NCBI GenBank assembly: GCA_964421565.1
Contig: CAYQXJ010000002.1
Location: 193,793-257,792 of the forward strand
DNA from: an uncultured candidatus Brocadiaceae bacterium
GTDB lineage: Bacteria; Planctomycetota; Brocadiia; SM23-32
Length of the DNA stretch: 64,000 nucleotides
Reading direction: 5' to 3'
The notes beneath the pieces were generated by a model. The model saw only the letters and a program-made list of their open reading frames with translations. It was not told where the DNA came from and made no database searches. Numbering within the stretch: position 1 is the first letter of the stretch; each line of letters starts with the position of its first letter. This document shows, one piece after another, positions 36,204 through 42,606 of the stretch. A program made the position numbers and the translations under genes.

Positions 36204-36767
36204 TCAGAGCGCTCCATGGCGGAAGTCGACCTGGTTGGTGGCCAGAAAGATGTTCTCGTGCTGCAGCGCGACCTCCATCTCGTCCGGCGGCCAGAGGCCC
36301 TCCACGTCCATCTGCAACCGCTCCACTTCGAGGCCAGGCGGCACCTGGAGTTGGGCGATCAGCACGAAGCGCTCGCCCTCCCGGTAGGCGTACAGGTCCT
36401 CCAGGTTCACCCCGCGGCTGGCGAGGTAGCTGCTGATGCGGTGTATCACGCCCTTCTGGTCCGCGCCGCTCAGGGTCAGGATGAACCTCTGCGCCTCGCT
36501 CACCACGGGTTCGGGCTGCACCACCTGACGCTGCTGAACGCTCACCGCCAGCTCGCCGCCGCTCTTGGCGCCAACGGCCGCGGCCAGTTGCTCGCCGCTC
36601 ACCGGGACCTCGAAGCGGACCGTCACGATGATGGTGAAGTAGCCCTGCAGCACCGTCTGGCTGATGGCCTCGATGTTGCCACCCAGTTCGACGATCGCCT
36701 CGGTCATGCCGGCGACGATCCCGACCCGGTCCAGGGCCATTACCGATAGCACATAGTCTGTGGGCAT
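36204..36767 (-). CDS. Tandem ACT-domain protein (UPF0237-like), partner of UPF0210
   Basis: Two repeats of the UPF0237 signature: DRVGIVAGMTEAIVELGGNIEAISQTVLQGYFT and DQKGVIHRISSYLASRGVNLEDL. It is immediately upstream of, and co-oriented with, the UPF0210 gene. Confidence 0.7.
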   Translation of the reverse strand: MPTDYVLSVMALDRVGIVAGMTEAIVELGGNIEAISQTVLQGYFTIIVTVRFEVPVSGEQLAAAVGAKSGGELAVSVQQRQVVQPEPVVSEAQRFILTLSGADQKGVIHRISSYLASRGVNLEDLYAYREGERFVLIAQLQVPPGLEVERLQMDVEGLWPPDEMEVALQHENIFLATNQVDFRHGAL

Positions 36768-36788
36768 TGCCTTAACCGGGGCAAGCGA

Positions 36789-37826
36789 TTAGTGATCGTG
36801 GCGGTCATGCTCCGCGCGGGGGGCGCGCTCCATCAGCGACATGCCCGCCTGCATCGGGTCCTCGTCCTCGAACAGCACGCGGTAAACGGCCCGGCAGATC
36901 GGCATCTCCACGCTGTGCCGTTTCGCCAGGGCACAGGCGGACCGCGTCGTCCGCACGCCTTCGGCCACCTGGGCCATGCTGTCCAGCACCTGTCGCAGGG
37001 TTTCGCCGCGGCCGATGCGCACACCGACCGTGCGGTTGCGCCCGTAGGGGCTCACGCAGGTCGTGATCAGGTCGCCGAGGCCGGTCAGGCCGGCGAACGT
37101 CTCGGGCCGCGCCCCCATGGCGACCCCCAGGCGCGTGATCTCCGCCAGGCCGCGCGTCAGCAGGGCGCTCTTAGCGTTGTCGCCGAACCCCAGCCCGTCG
37201 CACACCCCCGCCGCAATGGCGATAACGTTCTTCAGGGCTGCGCCAAGCTCCACGCCGACAACGTCCGGATTCGTATACACGCGGAAAGTAGGGGACATGA
37301 ACGCAGCCTGCACCATCTCGGCAAGGGCCGGCTCACGGCTTGTCACCACGACCGTCGTGGGCAGCTCGCGCGCCACCTCCTCGGCGTGGCTCGGCCCGTA
37401 GAGGCCGGCCAGCGGCGTCTGCGCGCCGCAGACGTCGGCGATCACCTCGCTGCCGCGCAGCAATGTCTCCTCCTCGATCCCCTTCGAGACGTTCAGCACC
37501 GGCTGTGCCTCACCCAGGTGCGCCCTGACGCGTTCGCACACGCTGCGCAGGTAGATCGTCGGCGTTGCCATTACCACCAGGTCGGCCCCCGGCACGCAGG
37601 CGCCTGCCTGCGAAGTCAGAGTCAGGGACTCGGGCAGTGCCACCTGCGGCAGGTAACGCGGATTGCGCCGCGTGCGCCGCATCTGTTCCACGTAGTCGGG
37701 TTCCACCCCCCAGAGGGTGACCCCGTGGCCGTTGCGCTCCAGCAACAGGGCCAGGGCGGTGCCCCACCCGCCGCAGCCAATGACCGCGATGTGGAGTGCT
37801 GCGCTCTCGATGGGCTCGGTGGTCAT
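36789..37826 (-). CDS. gpsA: NAD(P)H-dependent glycerol-3-phosphate dehydrogenase
   Basis: IAVIGCGGWGTALA Rossmann start, with GLGDLITTC and KGIEEETL motifs. The start is chosen at MTTEPIES. The listed ORF's 154-codon upstream extension runs antisense through the promoter/repeat region and is rejected. Confidence 0.85.
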   Translation of the reverse strand: MTTEPIESAALHIAVIGCGGWGTALALLLERNGHGVTLWGVEPDYVEQMRRTRRNPRYLPQVALPESLTLTSQAGACVPGADLVVMATPTIYLRSVCERVRAHLGEAQPVLNVSKGIEEETLLRGSEVIADVCGAQTPLAGLYGPSHAEEVARELPTTVVVTSREPALAEMVQAAFMSPTFRVYTNPDVVGVELGAALKNVIAIAAGVCDGLGFGDNAKSALLTRGLAEITRLGVAMGARPETFAGLTGLGDLITTCVSPYGRNRTVGVRIGRGETLRQVLDSMAQVAEGVRTTRSACALAKRHSVEMPICRAVYRVLFEDEDPMQAGMSLMERAPRAEHDRHDH

Positions 37827-37927
37827 GCGCTCAGTCCGCCGGCGTGGGCGTGCTTGGGAATCGCGCGCATTATACAGCCGGCCGCCGCGAACGCAACCGC
37901 GCCGGGGGGGCACTGCGGCCGTCTGCT

Positions 37928-38220
37928 GCGCCGCATGGCCCGGCGGTTTTTCTGCTTGACAGTGCGGATGGGCTGTGGTAATATCGCGGCGTTCTGATGG
38001 CACAGTCACGTGAGTGGAGAGGATATACGGAGTAGCGGATGAGAGGAGGTGAGGCACCGAAGGGCGTAGAGGACGAGAGGTGCGACCTGAACAGAGGTCA
38101 TGACGGAGACGTCTATTCTTGTGGGAGGATGTGAAGATGAAAAAGGCGTTTACGCTGATTGAGCTACTGGTCGTAATAGCTATCATTGCTATTCTGGCCG
38201 CTATGCTGATGCCGGCGCTG
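37928..38220 (+). repeat. Copy 1 of a 293-bp perfect direct repeat. It covers the promoter, the ~155-nt leader, the RBS and the first 28 codons of a DUF1559 gene.
   Basis: Identical nucleotide for nucleotide to 39570-39862, at an offset of 1642 bp. The antisense ORFs at 39415..39936 and 36789..38288 have identical translated segments. Confidence 0.9.
37956..37984 (+). promoter_or_regulatory. Consensus sigma70 promoter: TTGACA, 17 nt, TAATAT.
   Basis: cTTGACAgtgcggatgggctgtggTAATATcgcgg. It lies about 155 nt upstream of the ATG at 38137. Confidence 0.6.
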
Positions 38221-39387
38221 GAGAAGGCGCGCCGCCAGGCGGAAGGCGCTGCCTGTCGGTCGAACCTGCACAACCTGGGCCTCGCCATGCAGGCCTACCG
38301 GATCGACAGCGACGGGCTGTATTTGGGGTGGGTCGGCTTCGCTGCGAAAGAAGACGCCCACTATCGACAGAACCAGAGCTACACGGCCGTGGACGGCAGT
38401 TCCGGCTATCAGGATTACCTGGGCCCGAACGTGCCGACCGAGCCGTGGGTCCGTAACGAAGGCGGCCCGATGTGGCAGCTCTACAAGGGCGGCTACATGG
38501 GCGATATCGATCTGCTGCAAGACCCGGCCATCAAAATAGGTGAAGAGCACACCTATGGGTTCGGCAGGCCCCAGTTGCAGCCCTGCGCCCCGGCTGATGA
38601 TCGGAGCGTGGACATCCCGCTCTTTCACAGAGAGCCCCAAATACGTAATGACACCGATTGCGATCAGACCGATCCCATGCACCGGGCCACGGCCGACGTG
38701 ATTCTGGCGTGGGATTACGCCTACGACACCGGTCGCATCGACAAGAACTCGTACGCCGGCCGTGTCATAATGGGCTGCCTGATCGAAAACGCCTGGGGAC
38801 TGCCCGAGAACTACAGCATCTCCAGCGGTGCGCACGCCGGCGGTGCCAACGTGCTGGCGACAGACGGCGCCGTATCGTGGGCGTCGAAGGATTTCGCCGA
38901 CGTGACGTGGGAGGTCACCCAGAACAACGGCGGCAACATCTATGCCGAAGCCATCTGGCGCAACGGCTACGTGCCGAACCCGCGCATGGACGAGGACTCC
39001 TACTACGACCCTTCCGACACCTGGCTGGAGATCGATATCGACGATATCTACATGTGGGAGCAGGCGAGCACCGGCGGTCCGTTCGGCGCCGCCCGCATGC
39101 AGGACCCGAACCTCGATCCCGACCAGCAGGTGACCCCGGGCAACCTGAGCCCGAGTGCGCAGTCGGTCATCGGCAACTGGCAGGATCTGCAGTCCGCTCC
39201 CTTTGCGGACCAGTGGCGCGCGTGGGGCAGCAACTATGGCGACCCGTACTACTATCCACAGCGCGGCGTCTACGCCGGCGAACGGCGTTGGAGTCGTCAC
39301 GACGCCCGTATCGTGACGAACATGCCGCAGTGGATGGCAGGCGTGGGCGGTGTCGGCGAAGACAAGTTCAACATGCTGCCTGACTGA
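38137..39387 (+). CDS. DUF1559 / H-X9-DG prepilin-type N-terminal cleavage/methylation domain protein (pseudopilin-like), paralog A
   Basis: [28 protein letters not shown] type IV pilin-like N-terminus. C-terminal [16 protein letters not shown] is the H-X9-DG motif. RBS GGGAGG. The listed ORF's TTG start gives an 'MWEDVK' prefix, which I rejected. Confidence 0.85.
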   Translation: MKKAFTLIELLVVIAIIAILAAMLMPALEKARRQAEGAACRSNLHNLGLAMQAYRIDSDGLYLGWVGFAAKEDAHYRQNQSYTAVDGSSGYQDYLGPNVPTEPWVRNEGGPMWQLYKGGYMGDIDLLQDPAIKIGEEHTYGFGRPQLQPCAPADDRSVDIPLFHREPQIRNDTDCDQTDPMHRATADVILAWDYAYDTGRIDKNSYAGRVIMGCLIENAWGLPENYSISSGAHAGGANVLATDGAVSWASKDFADVTWEVTQNNGGNIYAEAIWRNGYVPNPRMDEDSYYDPSDTWLEIDIDDIYMWEQASTGGPFGAARMQDPNLDPDQQVTPGNLSPSAQSVIGNWQDLQSAPFADQWRAWGSNYGDPYYYPQRGVYAGERRWSRHDARIVTNMPQWMAGVGGVGEDKFNMLPD

Positions 39388-39419
39388 TCGGCGCGTGTAT
39401 CATCACTCAGACGTTCAGC

Positions 39420-39443
39420 GGGGCCGGCCACCAGGTCGGCCCC
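39420..39443 (+). terminator. Stem-loop after paralog A: ggggccg ... cggcccc.
   Basis: 7-bp GC stem with a 10-nt loop, 33 nt after the stop. The U-tract is weak (gattcat). Confidence 0.35.
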
Positions 39444-39569
39444 GATTCATGTACGGCCGCCGCCATGAGGACAGCCCGGCGCCCGAGTCGCACGTTTCGC
39501 ACACGCCGCAGTGGGCCGGCCGCGCCTTCCCGATCCTTGCGGGCGCGACGGCCGCTGGACGGCGTTGGC

Positions 39570-39862
39570 GCGCCGCATGGCCCGGCGGTTTTTCTGCTTG
39601 ACAGTGCGGATGGGCTGTGGTAATATCGCGGCGTTCTGATGGCACAGTCACGTGAGTGGAGAGGATATACGGAGTAGCGGATGAGAGGAGGTGAGGCACC
39701 GAAGGGCGTAGAGGACGAGAGGTGCGACCTGAACAGAGGTCATGACGGAGACGTCTATTCTTGTGGGAGGATGTGAAGATGAAAAAGGCGTTTACGCTGA
39801 TTGAGCTACTGGTCGTAATAGCTATCATTGCTATTCTGGCCGCTATGCTGATGCCGGCGCTG
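39570..39862 (+). repeat. Copy 2 of the 293-bp perfect direct repeat (promoter, leader, N-terminal coding)
   Basis: Identical to 37928-38220. Confidence 0.9.
39598..39626 (+). promoter_or_regulatory. Consensus sigma70 promoter: TTGACA, 17 nt, TAATAT. Copy 2.
   Basis: Same sequence as the promoter at 37956, lying inside the repeat. Confidence 0.6.
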
Positions 39863-40795
39863 AACCGGGCGCGGCTGTCTGCACGCGTGGCCGCGTGTAG
39901 CCACAATATCCATAACCTGGGGCTGGGCATCTCCATGATGCGCCAGCAACTTAATGAGAACTACCCCAGGGCCTACTACCCCGACGCGTTCACGAACCAG
40001 TACTGCAACGTCTGGGGTCGGCTCTCTGACGGTGGCTATGTCGAGGATCAGGACGTCTTCGCCTGTCCGGTCTCCGGCAGCCAGCTTCAGCGCGATGACA
40101 TCACCCCCGATTGGTACACCGGGCCCGAGGACCTGAACGAGCCCGGCAGCGACGTGGGCGATTACCGCGACGTTCTGAACGCGGGCTACGGCTACGACAA
40201 CGGCCGCATCCCGAAGACAGCGAACCCCGCGCGCGCTATCGCGGCGGACCGGCTGGAAACCATGTGGGACCAGGACGCCCAGCCCTCCGGCGGCATGCCG
40301 CAGGACGTGGCGCACCCCGACGGCAGCGCCAATATCCTGTTCGTCGACGGCGCAGTGCGCGGCGTGCTGCCCAGCCGACCGGACATGGTCTGGAACGTGG
40401 CACCCTATAACAACGTGCCCATAGACCCGGCCAACCCGACCTACCTGATCTCGGAAATCGTCCGCGTGGGCTTCGTGCAGAACCCGCGGCTCGATGTCCA
40501 TCACAAGCAGGACAGGTTCGCCGGCAGCGGACCCGGCACGAACGGCAGCAACCTGGACAACGGCGGCGCGGGCAACGACTACGATGACATCTACGCCATC
40601 GATAGCCCCACGGCCTCGCAACTGTTCAACCTGCACAACAACGAGCGGTTCGAGCGCTACGGCGCCACGGCCGAAAACGCCGTGATGGACCGCGAAGATG
40701 CCGCCATTCAGCCTACTCGTGACTACGACCACATGACGGGCTGGACCGAAGACCAGCGCACGGTTAACTGGACGAGCACGGAGACCGGCTGGTAA
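39779..40795 (+). CDS. DUF1559 / H-X9-DG prepilin-like protein, paralog B
   Basis: The same 28-aa N-terminus as paralog A, then a divergent body. C-terminal motif [18 protein letters not shown]. Confidence 0.85.
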   Translation: MKKAFTLIELLVVIAIIAILAAMLMPALNRARLSARVAACSHNIHNLGLGISMMRQQLNENYPRAYYPDAFTNQYCNVWGRLSDGGYVEDQDVFACPVSGSQLQRDDITPDWYTGPEDLNEPGSDVGDYRDVLNAGYGYDNGRIPKTANPARAIAADRLETMWDQDAQPSGGMPQDVAHPDGSANILFVDGAVRGVLPSRPDMVWNVAPYNNVPIDPANPTYLISEIVRVGFVQNPRLDVHHKQDRFAGSGPGTNGSNLDNGGAGNDYDDIYAIDSPTASQLFNLHNNERFERYGATAENAVMDREDAAIQPTRDYDHMTGWTEDQRTVNWTSTETGW

Positions 40796-41071
40796 GGTCC
40801 CGTTCCGCCAACGCATGCTGGCACCTTGCGGGGACGGCGCCCACCGGGCGTCGGCCCCGCCTGCTTGTACGGACCCTGCGCTTCCGTCAGCCCCGCTGCG
40901 GTGCGCTCAGGCGGGCACGTGGAGCCCGCTACAGGACGTGGACCGGAAGCGACAACAAGCGACGCGGCCAACACAGGGCGCACGCATGGAGTCGGCCTTG
41001 CTGCAGCGCGGGACGCAGCGGCTGAGGGCCTCTGGCGGTCCGGTAGTGGTACCCCCGAAGGGAAGCGGCGA

Positions 41072-41109
41072 GGCCCGTTGACGCGCCTGTTCAGGGCCAC
41101 GCTTTTTTT
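41072..41109 (+). terminator. Intrinsic terminator-like hairpin (ggccc...gggcc) with a T7 tract immediately before the third promoter
   Basis: ggcccgttgacgcgcctgttcagggcc then acgcTTTTTTTc, followed directly by the TTGACA of promoter C. Confidence 0.5.
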
Positions 41110-41110
41110 C

Positions 41111-41139
41111 TTGACAGCACGGCAGGGCTGTGGTAGCAT
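41111..41139 (+). promoter_or_regulatory. Sigma70 promoter: TTGACA, 17 nt, TAGCAT.
   Basis: cTTGACAgcacggcagggctgtggTAGCATgcc. It is a diverged copy of the promoters at 37956 and 39598. Confidence 0.55.
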
Positions 41140-41288
41140 GCCGGGCGTACGCGAGCATGAAGACCGTAGTCATACGCATACGAGCTGAGGGCGAAAGGAG
41201 GTGGTGAGGGACAGCGGGCGAATAGACACGATGCATGCGCTGTGAAGCGTCAGAATGAAGGCGTTCATACTTGTGGGAGGATGTGGAG

Positions 41289-42440
41289 ATGAAGAAGGCG
41301 TTTACGCTGATTGAACTACTGGTCGTAATAGCGATCATAGCTATTCTGGCCGCCATGCTGATGCCCGCGCTCGAGAAGGCGCGAACACGGGCTCGACAGG
41401 CTACCTGTCGCAGCAACGTGCACGAGCTTGGCCTTTCGCTGGCCATGTTCCGAAATGACTTCAACCAGCAGTACCGTTTGGGTTCCTGCACGTTCGTGGA
41501 CGGTAGCTGTCAGGTCGTCGCGTTCCTGATGGCCGATGGCTATGTCGGCGACCGCGAACTGCTGGTCTGCCCGAACCTGGACACCCCGTACAGCCGCGAG
41601 CCGGACCTGAACTGGCATAGCGGGTACATGATATGTGGCTATCCCTACGGTAGTTGGGCCTCGCAGAAGTGGGTGGGCCCGCGGGAGTTCGCCTACTTTT
41701 ACGACGAGGATCGCATCGCGGCCACGGCACCGCCCACGCGCGTGATCATGGCCGACGGGATCGAGATGGCCACCAGCTTCGGCGTTGAGCCGCCGAACCA
41801 CTTCGATGGCGCCAACCTGCTGTTCGTGGACGGCGCCGTGCAGTGGCAGAACAAAGAGTACGCCGACGAGCGCTGGGAGAAGACGGAGGCCGGTGGCGGC
41901 TGGGGCCAGCCATCGCTGGACATGGACCATAAAATCAGTGTTGACTTTATGGTATGGATGGGCGACCAGACCCCTTGGGTCCGTTACGGCGTGATCCCGA
42001 ACCCGCGCCTGAACGAGGACCCGCGCGACGGCGACCTGGACGATATCTACGAGGTGGAAGGGCGTCACGGGCCCGACGGCTACGACCCCGAGTACGACCA
42101 GGGCCCGACCATCGCCGCCGGGCAGAAGGACGTCACCTTTACCTCCTATAACCCGCCCGGACGCTGCGGCGCCGAGGATTTCAGCGGCAAGGTCTCGGAG
42201 ATCGACGCTTCCCTCGGCGGCGGCAGCTACGTTGCCGCATGGGCCAACTGGGGCTTCGATGCCGCCTGGCGCGGCTCCAACGCGGGCAACGACTGGAACA
42301 CGGCGAACGACCACGCTCCGAACAATCCGTCCATCGGCCCCCCGAGCTTCCTGGCGGGATGGGGAGCCGGCGAAGGCGACGGTTGGCAGGGCTGGACGTG
42401 GGGTGTTCCCGAGCCGTGGGAAGACCGCATCTATCCGTGA
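41289..42440 (+). CDS. DUF1559 / H-X9-DG prepilin-like protein, paralog C
   Basis: [32 protein letters not shown], with synonymous differences from A and B. Motif [25 protein letters not shown], part of a conserved ttgtgggaggatgtgRagATG context. Confidence 0.85.
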   Translation: MKKAFTLIELLVVIAIIAILAAMLMPALEKARTRARQATCRSNVHELGLSLAMFRNDFNQQYRLGSCTFVDGSCQVVAFLMADGYVGDRELLVCPNLDTPYSREPDLNWHSGYMICGYPYGSWASQKWVGPREFAYFYDEDRIAATAPPTRVIMADGIEMATSFGVEPPNHFDGANLLFVDGAVQWQNKEYADERWEKTEAGGGWGQPSLDMDHKISVDFMVWMGDQTPWVRYGVIPNPRLNEDPRDGDLDDIYEVEGRHGPDGYDPEYDQGPTIAAGQKDVTFTSYNPPGRCGAEDFSGKVSEIDASLGGGSYVAAWANWGFDAAWRGSNAGNDWNTANDHAPNNPSIGPPSFLAGWGAGEGDGWQGWTWGVPEPWEDRIYP

Positions 42441-42496
42441 CCCTGAGGCGAGGGACTGGCGCTTCGGCGTGAGTTCACTCGTGTAAGACGAACAGA

Positions 42497-42533
42497 GCGG
42501 GGCAGGGCTTTCGGCCCTGCCCCGCTTCTTTTC
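42497..42533 (+). terminator. Strong intrinsic terminator after paralog C
   Basis: Perfect 12-bp stem gcggggcagggc / gccctgccccgc with a tttcg loop, followed by TTCTTTT. Confidence 0.8.
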
Positions 42534-42606
42534 CGCAGTGCTTCGCCCCTCCCCGCTGTGCGGGCAGCCACCAGCGCGCCGCTGAGCGGCGGCGCCGGAG
42601 GGCTGC

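Noticed and set aside
37990-38010. TGGCAC element in the pseudopilin leader as a possible sigma54 -24 box
   Set aside because: No matching TTGC(A/T) -12 element occurs at the required 5-nt spacing (the sequence is tggcacagtcacgtga). The leader is already downstream of a consensus sigma70 promoter.
38119-38136. 'MWEDVK' N-terminal extension on each DUF1559 ORF in the six-frame track
   Set aside because: The track calls a TTG inside the RBS (ttgtGGGAGGatgtgaag) as the start. The ATG six codons later gives the canonical short prepilin leader MKK and is preceded by the GGGAGG SD.
36789-38288. 499-aa version of gpsA with a 154-codon N-terminal extension
   Set aside because: The extension runs antisense through the DUF1559 promoter/leader repeat. 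The same 'protein' segment reappears in antisense ORFs at 39415-39936 and 40907-41491 only because of the DNA repeat. GpsA homology begins at MTTEPIESAALHIAVIGCGGWG (37826).
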